This document shows positions 35,900-48,160 of a stretch of 64,000 nt of DNA, piece after piece (within the stretch, counting starts at the first letter, position 1; every line of letters starts with the position of its first letter). The notes under the pieces were generated by a model. That model ran no database searches. It saw only the letters and a list, made by a program, of their open reading frames with translations, and was not told where the DNA came from. Origin of the DNA: Vicugna vicugna (taxonomy: Eukaryota); assembly GCA_013265495.1 (NCBI GenBank), contig MU058636.1, positions 9,955,066-10,019,065 of the forward strand. Reading direction: 5' to 3'. The position numbers and the translations under genes are program-made.

Positions 35900-36135
35900 T
35901 TATTTAACGAACACTAATCTAGGGCTTACTACTTGTCAGGCAGTGTCCGCAGTGCTCTGCAAATACTGGCTCATTTTAATCCTTGTAACCAGGCTGTGAG
36001 GAAGGTGCTATTATTATCTGTATCTTACAGATGAGGAGACTGAGCTAGGTTAGATCATGTATTGCCCAGATGCACCCAGCCAGTAAAATGGTGAGGCTGG
36101 GATTCAGACTCAAGCTCACAGCCACTGGGCTCCGG
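35900..36135 (-). mobile_element. MIR, near full length
   Basis: cttactacttgtcaggcagtgt...attttaatccttgtaacc...tcttacagatgaggagactgag...gctgggattcagactc. Confidence 0.85.
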
Positions 36136-36509
36136 GGGAGGCTGCCTGGCACCACAGAGGAGCGGAGGAGCAGGGCACAGAGCAGGGAGGGATGGAGGAG
36201 GAGGGGTCCGGCGCTCGGGCACACCTGTGTGGGCATGGCCAGGGCGGGGGTCCACCTAGATGCCCCGGGAGGACTTCGGAGCTGCTGTCCCCCTCCCTAC
36301 AGCCCATGGGTCTGCCCCCACTCAACCCACCGCCTTCTCGCGTGCCTGCTTAAGTCGTGGGACAGAGGGTCAAGGTCACTGCGGCAGGCCGCAAACCCTG
36401 CCCAGGGATGAGAATCCCTTCCTCTGTATTGCTAAGACTGAGTCTTCTGAGTGACCAAGACCTCTGGTTGTGGCGTGAGATTGAGATGAGGGTGGTGCAT
36501 AGGTGTGGG

Positions 36510-36699
36510 TAGGGCTGCCAGAAAAAAGACAAAACGTCCAGTTAAGTTTGAATTTCAGATAAACAAGAAATTTTTTTTTAGTACAAGTTATGTTCCATGC
36601 ACTATTTCAGACATACTGACACTAAAATAATTATTCATTGCTTAAATTCTAATTTAACTGGGCATCCTGAATTTTTATTTTCTAAATCTGGCAACCCTA
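36510..36699. mobile_element. MER53 palindromic hAT MITE, full length
   Basis: TIRs tagggctgccaga / tctggcaacccta; internal ccagttaagtttgaatttcagataaac mirrored by ttaaattctaatttaactggg. Confidence 0.9.
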
Positions 36700-36964
36700 A
36701 AGGTGGGCTTCTGCAGATCTCTAAAATGCTGGGTGGGGACGCAATCGGGAGAGCAGGCGGGCTCTGCACCGCGGGCCAGGTGGGGGCCCTGTGGGGAAGC
36801 ACGAGCGCTGACTCCTGTGCTCCATGAGGCAGTTTCCCTCGGCTGGACAGAGGCAGTCCCATAACTGTGGCTGAGACAGGAGAAAACCAACATGAGACCC
36901 CATGCCCCAAGGTGCTGTTCCACAGGCTCACGTCCCACACTCCGCGTGCAATCCTCTTACCCCG

Positions 36965-37345
36965 CAAGTTTTTATTTGAAAAAGTGTCAGACCTGCCGAA
37001 AAGCTGCAATAATAGTACAATGAATACTCTTTGTGTCACAACTATTTCTTCTTTCTCGATGTGCATGGGTGTGCATAAGATGCAGGTGTGTATTCATTTG
37101 TGCATAAGATGCAGGTGTGTATTCATTTGTTAGCTGAGCCATTTGAGAGTTTGCAGCAGACGTTGGAATACTTCGTCCCTAAATACATCCCTAAGTAGGA
37201 GCACGTGTCTCCCAGGAACAAGAGCATTCTCCTCCATGGTCACAATACCATGGTCACCCTCGGGAAATGTGGCATTAGTACCGTACTCTTTGCTAATACA
37301 AAGTCCGTATTCAAATTCTTCACATATATATAATTCATGTCACAT
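36965..37345 (-). mobile_element. Old L1 (L1MC-like) 3' end
   Basis: ttttatttgaaaaagtgtcagac...aaaagctgcaataatagtacaatgaatac...gagccatttgagagtttgcag...ccctaaatac...ccaggaacaagagcattctcc. Confidence 0.75.
37071..37128. repeat. Perfect 29-bp tandem duplication
   Basis: gtgcataagatgcaggtgtgtattcattt at 37071-37099 and 37100-37128. Confidence 0.95.
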
Positions 37346-37619
37346 TAACATATATTGTACAATATATTATAACATATATTATGTCACCAATACGTAGGTA
37401 TATATACACAAATATACATTATTGGGACAATTGGAAGAATTTGAATGTGGACTATGTATACATACATACATACAAACACACATTATTATAATATATATTA
37501 TTAATTTAGTATAATTAAATTATCACTTTAAAATTTTAATCCAAGATTCAACCAAGGATTTCAAATGCATTTAATTGTCCTGTTTCTTAAATCTCCTTTA
37601 ATCCAAAATCACTTTTTCA

Positions 37620-37830
37620 GAGTGCCTACTGCATGCTAGGCCCGGCATCCCTTATCTAATTTCATCCTTGTAAGATAAAGGTTATCGCCTTTTGCAAATA
37701 AGGAAACAGAAGCTTACTGAAGTTACGTAACTTACCCAGGGTCACATGGCTAGTGAACGGCATGGCCAGTATTTGAACCCAACCCAGACTCCAAAGTCTG
37801 CCCCCTTTCCTTTACACTGTGCTGTCTGAA
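37620..37830 (-). mobile_element. MIR
   Basis: ttttgcaaataaggaaacagaagct...aacttacccagggtcacatggctagtgaa...atttgaaccc. Confidence 0.85.
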
Positions 37831-37959
37831 CTGTCTTCTAGAGATGATACTGAAAGGGTAATACTGAGGTTGGAACCTGAGAATCATTCCAGGAGGTGAG
37901 AGAAAGTTCCATGGAAACAGAGGATTTTAAGAGAGGAGCTGATGGGGTTAGCTCAGAGG

Positions 37960-38195
37960 CAGTGGAGTGCCAAGTTAGAAGTAAAGTCTTGGAGTCACCT
38001 GGGTTCCAGTTTGGATCCCTCTGTTTCCCAGCTATGTTCCCTTCACATCTAGAATCTTCACTTCCCCACCTGTAACATGAGAGCAAGGACAGTGACTCAC
38101 CGATTACTATGGGACGCTATTAAATATTCACACTAAGTTCTCAGCATGCAGCTGAGCGGCACCTGCCAGGCATTCAGTAAGCAAAAGTACTTCTG
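37960..38195 (+). mobile_element. MIR
   Basis: gtcttggagtcacctgggttccagttt...ttccccacctgtaacatgag...attaaat...cagtaagc. Confidence 0.65.
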
Positions 38196-38590
38196 TTACC
38201 AGTGATGGGAGCAGTCGCCTGACAGGAGCCGCAGTGAAGAGCTGCTGGCCAGGAGTTGTCCCTCTGAATGGCAGCAGGGTTCGCTGCTTTTAACATTCAC
38301 ACATGTGGGCTCCACAAGAGAGGAGGGGCGGCCATGGGGAACTTGGGGATTCTTTTTGCATCGCTGGAGACCAGTGAGGTAGCCCCCTTCCTGACTGGAG
38401 CTCCCTTTGAGAGGAGCGGAGGGAAAGGAGGCCCAGGTGGGGAGACCTTGCCGTGGGGGCACTGCGGTCCTCGCCCACCAGACAGGCTCCATCTCCACGT
38501 TTCCAGGGTGATCAATGATTCCCTGGGTTTGGGGGAGTGCAGTATCTTAAGGGAAGGTGAGAGTAGGCTTCAGACAGCTGAAACAGAAGC

Positions 38591-38925
38591 TGTTACGGGC
38601 TTCATTCTGTCCCTGTCAAAATTCATATGTTGAAGTCCTAACCCCTAGCATGCGGGTTATGTGACAGTATTTGGAGATGGGGTCCTTAAAGTGGTGATGA
38701 AGTTAAAATGAGCCCATGAGTCTGGGCCTTCTTCCAATCTGATTGTTGTCCTTAAAAGAAGAGATTATTGTCACAGAAACTCCAGGCTTGGGCACACACC
38801 AATGGAAGACCTTGTGAAGACACAGGGAGAAGACAGCCACCTGCCAGCCAAGGGCAGGGGCCTCGGAAGAAACCAAACCTGCCAGCACCTTGATCTTGGA
38901 CTTCCAGCCTCCAGAATTGTGAACA
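38591..38925 (+). mobile_element. MLT1A/B-like LTR, 3' truncated
   Basis: tgttacgggcttcattctgtccc...aaattcatatgttgaagtcctaacccc...gacagtatttggagatgggg...aaaccaaacctgccagcaccttgatcttggacttccagcctccagaattgtga. Confidence 0.9.
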
Positions 38926-40184
38926 CAGGTCCTCACATCCTCAGAGGTGGGGTGGCCTCGTGAGTTAAAGAAAGAGGCAGCAGCAGAGAGATCGGGCCTG
39001 GCCTTCAGGGAGCAATGCACAGGGCTTCCACTCCACAGAGCGGGCAGGGCCCAGCAGCAGGTCCCCGAGCCGAGGCTCAAGAGCCCTGGGTTATTCCCAC
39101 CCATCGGACCGAGGCCGGGATACAGACTGCCCGTAGCCAAGTCGTGAGCCTGGGTAATGTCTTATCTTGGAAACGAGAGCATGAGGACTGGCTGATTCAG
39201 GTTCCAGTCCCTTCCTCCCAGGATTCCTGCAGCAGTAGAAGAGTAGGCTGGTTGAAAGTGTGGGCTGAGCTGAACGTCCTGTTGACAAAGAAGGCAGTTC
39301 AGTGGTTTGAATGAGCCATCATTTCTGTGGAGAATCTGGCAGGAGATGCATTAGAGTCAATGAACCAAAAACCAGAGCCAGGCCCTGCATGTGCTGTCAA
39401 TCAGCTTTTTCTTTCCCTGTGGAGGAGGTGGCTTGACAAGTCAGGGTGGCACCTGGGCTGACTCGGGGTGACTGTTTTCCTGGATGCTGGGATGATTGAA
39501 CTGTGTGATCTTGGCGGTGTGGAGTGACCTCTTCTTTGTTACAGAGAGCTGTGTGGCCTCAGGGGACGCTGGGAGTCTGGCCTCCCCAGGGACGCTGCCA
39601 GGCCACACAGGAAGCCGGCAAGTTGAGAAGCAGCTAGGAGACCAGGGCAGCCAGCAACCAGCTCCAGCCCCACGCACTGGCTGCAGAGACCAGTTCCTGA
39701 CGCCCCTTGAGCGGGCAGCAAAGTTCTGGGGGCCCAGCCTCCTGCTCACCCCAGCTTCCCCAGGATGAAGGAGGCCCTCCCTCCACCCATGACCACTCAG
39801 CAACTCAGTCCTGGACGACAGGCTCAGAGCTGTCTGGGGCAGCAGTGTCAGAACAGCTTTTCTGCAATTCTCTTAAAAGTAATGAACCGAGTCAGCTGTC
39901 ACGCTTCCAAAGATGCATGAAATCACACACGTGGAAGCCCATCCTTCTGAACTCCGGTTCACTCTTAAGCATTTATTCCTCTCACTCCCCTGATCATCCC
40001 GTGGCAAGACGATGTGACCTTCGATTATTCTCCACAGAAGGTCAGGGAATTGAGTCACTGAGAAGAACCAGGGTTAATCCAGTGACACAGGGCGTGACAG
40101 AGCCTGAGTAGGACTCAAATGGCATCTCCAGGTCCCTGAATCACGGTTTCATCTCCTGAGAGATACACACCTGCTTGGCCCATT

Positions 40185-40400
40185 TTCTCCTGAATTTTTT
40201 ATTATATTATTTTATTATTTGTAATTTCATCATTCAACTTTATTATATTTAATATTAAATCATTTATTATATTTTATATTAAATTAACATAATACTAAAT
40301 AAGACACACTATATTTAACATATGTTAATAAGATAAATACATTATATTTTATAAAATTATCAGATCTATTTATATTATTTTTCATTATTTTATTATCCAA
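40185..40400. repeat. AT-rich low-complexity tract
   Basis: Almost entirely A/T (attatattattttattatt...). Confidence 0.85.
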
Positions 40401-41964
40401 AACATGCTACCTGTTCCAAATAAAATTTAAATGTTCAAATAATTGAGAAATTGTTTGTCATTTTTACTGGTGCATTTGCTGTACATCTGGACTGGTGGCA
40501 CTGGGCACGCTGAAAACAAGGAGAAATAAACAGCTCTGAGATGTGACAGCATGTGTATTTGGTCAAGAGTGAACGGCAAAGATCTGCATTTCATTTTTAC
40601 TGTATCCCATCAGACATATGGGCACCACGTACGTGATTTTTAGTTAAAAAGTCAGTCGTGCCCAGTGCAAAACTCGCAGACAGACGTGGACCATCAGACA
40701 TTCTGCTCTCCGTGGGATCAAGGGCGTTCTCCTTCCTGGGGATGTCATTACCGCTACTGGAAGAGGGAGCTGAGGTTTCCAGAGGGATTGCCGATTTCTG
40801 ACACGAAACTCAGACGAGCCTGGATAAACCCAAGGCTCCAGCCGCCTGTTTGATACCCGACCTTCAGAGCTCGGGGCTGCGGGTAAAACAATCCCATCCC
40901 GGGCTGAGAGCCCCAGGCCGCCCTTCCACTCCCCTCACCTCCTTATCATAATCCATCTCTACCAGGGAAGCCAAGCGTGGGCGCCCCAGGTGGATAATTG
41001 ATGATTTCAGCATCTTTCCCAGCTCTTCATTTTTCCTTTTGGTTTCCTGATTAGGCCTCAGATAAGTATATTTGCCGGCGGGGCTGCAGAAGTGTCTGCG
41101 GCAAGTGTGGGAAGCACAGCCCAGAGATGACAGGCACCTCCTCCCGCGCCGGCAGCCCCCAAGGCTGGGAGAGGCAGCCCAGCTCAGAACAGCGCGGTGC
41201 CCCACACGTGCACCTAACTCAGGTGAGTCAAGCCGCCTGCCCTCAGCTAAGAGAGAGACGAGACAGAGGCAGGGAAGAGGGGGGCAGCAAACTGACTTTG
41301 CATAAAACCCTTTATCATACACTCTACGCTATCAAATGTGTGACATTACCCAGCATACGTGGGTATTGCTGTACGGCAAGCCCCATCTGCCACCATCTGC
41401 CTTGGGACGACATAAGGGGCTTGCCATAGTAATTTGGAGGGTACTTGGTCTTTGCCTCACATGCTGACTTCAGAACCCAACTCCCCAAAAGATGCAGTTT
41501 TGCAAGTTTTAAATATAAAAGGTAGCTTAACAATGCTAATTACTGAAACTGCTAACTCAAAAATTATTAAACTGGAGGACCCAGGGTTCAGCTGAATAAT
41601 GGATGTCAGGTACCCAAGGGTCTGAGTTGCAGACATTAACCAAAGAGGAAAAAGACAGAAGAGTAAGGGGAGGTTGTGAACGGGTCCTGGCCCCCTCACG
41701 GGTCAGGCGTACACTCTTCGAGTCTGACTGGGACAGAACTGGGGGTGCGTGTTACAACAGCAGCCACCCTGTCCCCCCTTCCGAGGGAGCTGCAGGTGGG
41801 TCGCAGTTAAGCTGGAAAGGAAGTGTGGGTGTGGCAGCGCAGTAGACTAACATGACGGGGGTGGGGGATGTTAGTCAGTTTACAGGAGTGTCCACGACTA
41901 AGGGATTTCTAGGATACCTTCCGAAATGAGCGACTGATACTCTCCCCCTTCTCAGTAATAACAG

Positions 41965-42190
41965 CTAATATGGGCTGACTTATTCCTAAGGACCAGTATC
42001 CATGCTGTTCAATCTTCCCATGTGTAAGTACTAAAAGGCGTTACCGCACTTAACCCTTACAATCTATGAGTACTATTGTCATCCCCAATTTACAGATAAG
42101 GAAACTGAGGCTCAGAGAGGCTAATGAACTTACCCAGAGGTACAGTCAGGAAGTGAGAGCAGGGACATAAACCCAGAGGACCTGTGTGCT
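41965..42190 (-). mobile_element. MIR
   Basis: ctatgagtactattgtcatccccaatttacagataaggaaactgaggctcagagaggctaatgaacttaccca. Confidence 0.9.
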
Positions 42191-43224
42191 TTTTAATATC
42201 CTTTTACCTGGCCTATTTTCTCTGAGGGCTGAAATACAGGGGAATAAAATTAACTTCACAGTTTCCTACAGTATACACTAAAAAGTTTCTGAGAGACAAT
42301 TTAGTCATTTATAGTCTAGGTTCTCAAATACTCCATGCCACAAAGTTTTTTTAAATAATGTTTAACCTAAATTTGCAGAAGGCATTTAAACCTTAGATGG
42401 TCAATATCAAAAAAAAAAAAAAAAAAACGGTTACCTGAACATCTCATGTGTGCAGACACCTGACCAGGTGCAGAGGATACAGAAGGGTGAAAGGGCCTGA
42501 ATCCTGACCACTATACACATCCCTTCAGGCACAGAAATCATTGGGTTCCCTGCCTGCCCTCATTTCTGCAAGAGAAATCACTGCAGCTCCTTCAGTCTTG
42601 CCTTCCAACCGTTTAATCATTTTCATTTGCCTTCTCTGGATTTGCTTCTCCATCACTTTGTCTTACTAAAAAAGTGAGGGCAGAAAGAATTCTAAGAGAG
42701 GCCTGACAGAGGCTGGCCAGGGTGGGAGGATCAGCTCAAAGTTCCCTCATACTGGGCGCTTGTTTGTGAATTCCAAGGCTACGATTCCCTTTTCCTTAAT
42801 AAGAGCAAAACACAGCCGACTTAAGGTTTAGCTGGCATACCACTATGGCCCCTGGCTCTTTTTCTTCCATACTTGTACACTGTCAGCTCCTTCCTGGCCC
42901 ATTTTTATGGTCTTATCTTCATTCCCACATAAATTTCCCAGTGCTGTCTCCATTATACAGCATCCTGTTTTATATCATTTACCTCCACCGAAACACTTTC
43001 AATTTTAATTCTCTGTTTTATGGCTTTCTTTTTCTTTTTTCTTACCATGGACTCTTTATACTTTGAAGGATTTTTAGAAATTAATTCCACCTAGTCTTGC
43101 CTTAGTTGGAACTCATGGTTGCTCATTTTATCCTTAAAAATTAGTGAGAATGGAGTGATGACAATTGCTTCGAATGGGGTTTATGGACAGTTTTTTGGAG
43201 AAGGGGCTCTGTAATGTACCAAGC

Positions 43225-43420
43225 ACTGGATTCATGTACTTTAAGGACATTTTCTTATTCTTGAAATAATTTCTTGAAACATCCTGGAGATATGGGCTTT
43301 AACATTATTGTTCTGCCGGTGAGGAAGCTAAAGATCAGAAAGATGGAAGTCACTTGTCTAACAAGAAGTAGAGTGGGAATTTAAACCTGGTTCTGGCAGC
43401 TTCCAAAGTCCATGTTCTTT
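43225..43420 (-). mobile_element. MIR
   Basis: gtgaggaagctaaagatcagaaagatggaagtcacttgtctaa...agagtgggaatttaaacctgg. Confidence 0.7.
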
Positions 43421-43519
43421 GAATCTTTCCCTACATTTATTCTTTCTCACTGTCAGAACATTTCTCTTTGCCAGACTTAGGTGTTTTATCCTAGCTCTGT
43501 CATCAACATGTCAGCACAA

Positions 43520-43675
43520 GAGTCAGCTAAATCGTTCCACCGTCTTGCATTTATTTTCTCATCTTGAAACTAGGAGTGATGATACTCATTTTACCTGCCT
43601 TGCAGGTAAGGATCAGTGTAAAAGTACTTTGGGAAATATACAGCCTAAAAAAGTATAGGTTCTTATTACAGTTAT
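43520..43675 (+). mobile_element. MIR 3' part
   Basis: ttttctcatcttgaaactaggagtgatgatactc...cctgccttgcaggtaaggatcag...tgtaaaagtactt. Confidence 0.55.
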
Positions 43676-43795
43676 TACTAGCCTTGAGCATTGTCCTGTG
43701 GGGTTTAGAAGACCCCCCTCCCAAGGACCTGAGGCTCCACGTACTGGCAAAGAAATGGATTCGTCATAAAAGATAGAATTCTCCTAAGAAAGTAC

Positions 43796-44284
43796 TGTAT
43801 CAGTTAGGATGTTTTTCAACTGCCAGTAACAGAACCCTGACTCAACACATAGTAAGAAGTGTCAAAGCAGGGCAGCTCCAAGGTTAGTTAATTCGTGGGC
43901 TCCTTGACATCAGTCGCGAGCAAAGTTCCTCCCGCCTTTCAGCACTGTCCCTCAACAGGCTGGCTGGGATGCAGGTTAACACATTTCATGGATGCAAGAT
44001 GCAGACTCGGGTACCACAGGTAAGCACCAGCATCCAACAGAGCCTGAAGGTGACTGCCTCGTTCTGCTTCCATCCCCCAGCAAATGTTCCTTCACATCTC
44101 ACTGCACAAAATGGTGCCACAGGCTCTTGCCAAAACCAGTGCCTGGAAGGGACGTGGGGATGACTGTCTTACTGAGACACGTGACTGTGGGAGCGAGAGT
44201 GGATTATTCAAATAAAACCAGGGTTCTGTTAATAAGGATGAAAGGGAGAATAGCTGTTGGTAAGCAACCAGCAATATCTGCTCT
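43796..44284 (-). mobile_element. Old MLT1 (K/L-like) solo LTR
   Basis: tgtatcagttaggatgtttttcaactgccagtaacagaaccctgactcaa...aaaaccagggttctgttaataaggatgaaagggagaatagctgttggtaagcaaccagcaatatctg. Confidence 0.8.
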
Positions 44285-45907
44285 AGAAAAATGAATTAAG
44301 TCGATTAGCTATGATGGATTATCATCCCTTCACGTCTCAGACAGTCTCTGAAAGAGAAGTGGGCACAGGGTCCCACCCGCCCCCCCCCCCGTCCCCACTC
44401 GCTGCTGCCATTTAATTTCAACCCAGTTCTACTTTAAAGGATTCAATTTCATTCCACACTCACAGACTTCAAGATCCTTCTGCCTCCCTGGATCTCTCAC
44501 TTTCTCTTTATTTTGGATACAACTTGTACGAACTGGTGCCAGAATGCTGAAGGGCCGCTTAACATTTTCTTTTCTGGGCTTTCCCAAGTGAAACAGAGAG
44601 AAGGACTCCAGGCTGGAAAGGCTCTTCAAGGAGCCTTCCTTAAAATAAGCCGCGAGTTTCCCTGCGTCTCCTTTCCAGATCCCATCACCCTCTGCGAGAC
44701 AAGTATCTACAACGCTGCTCAGTGTCTTATTGCCTTCCCAGCTGATTTAGTCTCGAAAGAGCACTATCCTTCCTGTATTTCAGAAAGAAAGGACAAGACC
44801 CTTGTTCTGAACGAGAGGCGGGGGCTCCTCCATGTGCGGGCATTCCTGGGTCTAGTCCAGTGTGAATCACAGTGGCGGGTACCTTCCAGGAGAGAAGCGC
44901 GAGCCGTCCAGAGAACCTCAAGGGTAATTATATAAGCACAGGTAATCACTATTCAGAAGTAATTATCAGGTTGTTTCCCCATAGACGCAGAGACGCAATG
45001 CAAGGATATTTTTAGCTTTGGAGTCCACTGGCTTTTTCTGTCTTTCTTTCCCTCTGTTTACCCTAAAATTAACATTAATCAACATCTGGCCCCAAGCACA
45101 CTGTGCTTCCATCACCGTGTCATTATAACACATTTCCTAATTTTGTTTTTTAAAGTTTGACCCCAGCTTCTATCTCTGAGTCAAGATCCACATTTGCAGC
45201 AGTGAGTGAATGAGGCTCTGGGGCCCAGGGATGCTTAAAGTGCCCGCCCCCACCCCATCCTAGGTGGTGACAACACAGAGACTGCCACGGCCTGCACTTG
45301 TAGCAACATTCTTCCCCTGGAGCTGAGGGGAATATATTTAGGCTTTGTGTTATGGGGAAATTATGTGGCACAAGAGCAATAAATAATATTTAAACGTATT
45401 GCCACTTAGAGACCACCACGAGAGTTACAAGCAGAGACAGACAAGCTTGGATATCCAGTTGTTTTCTAAACATTTCAGAAACCACACGAAAACCTCAAGC
45501 TGGATCTGATTCCTTGGCTTTCTGATGCTAATTCTTGGGACCATGGTTAAGAGAGTCTTAAAACACTGGTAAGGAAATTTCTTCTCCTCACTCTGATCAA
45601 GAGGAGGAAATGGCGGTGTTAAGTCATCTCTGCCACTGGGGACACACCACCCTCCTTTGCACCAAGAGAGAAATCCAGTCATGGAATTGGCTCCACAGGT
45701 GCACGGGGTTAAGAAAAGAACAATGAAGCTGTTTATTTGCAATCAAAACTCGGAACCGGTGGAGCGAGTCTGCAGGGTTTAGCACTGTTCAGAATCTGCT
45801 AAGCCTCTGGGCTTTATTATCATTATTATTATTTGTTTAATTTGTTAAAAAAAAAAAAGATACAGATCACTAACAATACTATTTGCAAACTTCCCTCTCT
45901 TGTATAT

Positions 45908-46210
45908 TTTCTATTTTTATTTTTCTAGTTTTATTGAGATAGAATTGACATATAACATTGTATAAGTTTTAGGTGTAGAACACAATGGTTTGATATGTGT
46001 GTGCACTGTGTTTAGTTAACAAGCATCACTCACATAGTTAAAATTTTTTTTCTTGTGACGAGAACTTCGAAGATCGACTTTCTTAGCAACTTTCAAATAG
46101 AAAAGACAGTATTGTTAACTACAGCTTCCACGCCATATGTGACATTCCCAGGACTTACTTTAAAACTGGAAGCTTGTACCTTTTAACCCCCTTTACCTGT
46201 TTCACCCACC
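45908..46210 (-). mobile_element. L1MA-like 3' end
   Basis: ttttattgagatagaattgacatataacattgtataagttttaggtgta...ttcttgtgacgagaacttcgaagatcgactttcttagcaactttcaaat...aactggaagcttgtacctttt. Confidence 0.85.
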
Positions 46211-46254
46211 TTTGGGCTTTTTCCATTTGGAAATAACCTGGAGGTTTGTAAGTG

Positions 46255-46400
46255 ATTCCTTATTTTCAAAACACTTTCCACATTTATGACCTCATTTGAG
46301 CCTCACATCCTGTCATAGAGGACAGGTTTGTTTTTTTAATTAGTTTAAAATCGATAAAACTGAGGTAAGAGGCTAAGTGACTTACCCAAGACTCAAGTGG
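46255..46400 (-). mobile_element. MIR
   Basis: acatttatgacctcatttgagcctcaca...gataaaactgaggtaagaggctaagtgacttacccaag. Confidence 0.7.
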
Positions 46401-47834
46401 AGGTGCTATATCTACTAGTTTGCACAGGACAGTCCTGTTTCCACATGTTGTTCCATAGCAACTATTAAAGGTCTCCTTAAACTCTCAAAAGTGTCCTGGC
46501 TTGAATGATAAGGTATATTGTCACCCTAACCGTAGGTCAAGGTCAGAACCCAGTCTTGAACTCTCAGTCCTAGGCTACTGCAGCCACATCTCCAACACGG
46601 TTACTCAAACAGCAGGCCAACAGAACAGAGTTTCCCCTCCTCTGGCTCACCAGGGACCACAGCCAGCAATGAATCAAGTGAAACTCACCAGGGACAAAGA
46701 AACTTTTCCTGGTGATGGAGGCACCTTCAAAGGTGACTCTTTCTCCTGACTCAGAGAGGATTTACTCAGTGTGACTTCGGCCACCCAGACTGGCCCAAAG
46801 TTCCAAATGTCAAATACTACTTAAAAACACCCAGTGCTCCTAACTTGTGGCCACACTGACCTACCCAGAACGAACACTCTCCCCTTTGACTCCCCTGCCC
46901 TCAGGCCAGTCATTCATGTTAGCGCTAAATTTACCTCCTGCTCACAACCAAACTTGTAGTATGAGTGAAAAATTGTATATATATTAGACAAAAAAAAATA
47001 AGAGCAAACTCTTGTGAATCACACAGTCCAGGTATAGAAGCACTTGTTTCAGGAGGTGAAAGTCGTATTTTAAGATCCTTATTTTAAGATGTAATTTTGC
47101 CTACACTTAGAAGGGCTGGCTACGCCGTCTACTTTTTTCCCTATGAAAAGGAGAAATAAACAAGTGAATGCCAAGTGTCTGAGAGTAGCCTGAGTCCTCA
47201 GGAGAGGAAAAACACCAGAGAAACTCAATATTTGGTTGTAAAGACCTGATTTCATGAGCCTGCTTGTCCTTTATTTTTCCGCACTCAGTCTCATCCTGAA
47301 TGGCTTTCTTTCCACCTGACTCTCCGGGAAGAATGTGGTTAAATAGACCCCAGCTGTGGGCTCCATCCTGCCCTGAATGGTGTGTTTCCTCGTACCCTAA
47401 GCGTGTACATCGTTGGGTCGTTTTCCTAATGGGCCTTTGAGATGTGCTGGTGAACAAGGAACTGAATTATTTATGGGATGATTTGGGGGCATTGTCCCCA
47501 TTTTGGAAACAACTGTACTCTTCCCCGTAGGAGTCACCTGTTTCTCCCGAGAGGGAGCTTCTTGGGGAGAGAAGTGCTGGGGGAGGCCGCCCCATTCTCT
47601 TACTGGTCTAACCGCCTACGGAAGGCTCCCCACTCACCGCCGGGCACCCCCCACCCCGTGACCTGGGCTACACTCGGGAGACGGAGGCCAGCGAGCCCGG
47701 GCTTGCCTTTTGTGCACCAAAACAGAGGGCAGCACTGACAGCTGAGACTCAACCATCTGCCTTAGAGCTGCCGTGAGGCCACTGCCACCGGAGAGGGGCC
47801 AGCAAGGGTGGCGGGAGTCTCTGAGTATGAGATT

Positions 47835-47970
47835 AGCACTGAAGCAAGAAGACCTGGGTGTAAATCTCAGTTCTGCCATTGGCTAGCTGTGGTGATGCCA
47901 GGCAAACCTCATAGAGCTGAATCTGAAATTCTCTCCGGGGCTTGGTTCCCTCATGAGCAAAGGGCAGCGG
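47835..47970 (+). mobile_element. MIR
   Basis: gaagacctgggtgtaaatctcagttctgccattggctagctgtggtgatgccaggcaaac. Confidence 0.65.
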
Positions 47971-47994
47971 ACGTCTACAACCCCTTCCACCAGC

Positions 47995-48160
47995 AGCTGT
48001 CACTCACTACATACTCATCGCGGGCCTGGAGCCGCTCGAGGTGCAGCGCGCACACTGTCTCCATCCTTCCAGCCACCTTGCAGAGAGGACACTGATATCC
48101 CTACTTGACACATGAGGGAACAGACCCAGAGCACTGTCACCACCCAAGGCCACACGGCAC
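47995..48160 (-). mobile_element. MIR
   Basis: gatatccctacttgacacatgagggaacagacccagag...ccaaggccacac. Confidence 0.55.

Noticed and set aside
37620-38195. Adjacent inverted MIR pairs as dsRNA substrates (also 43225-43675 and 47835-48160)
   Set aside because: The copies are too diverged from each other to form long duplexes, and such pairs are expected at this MIR density.
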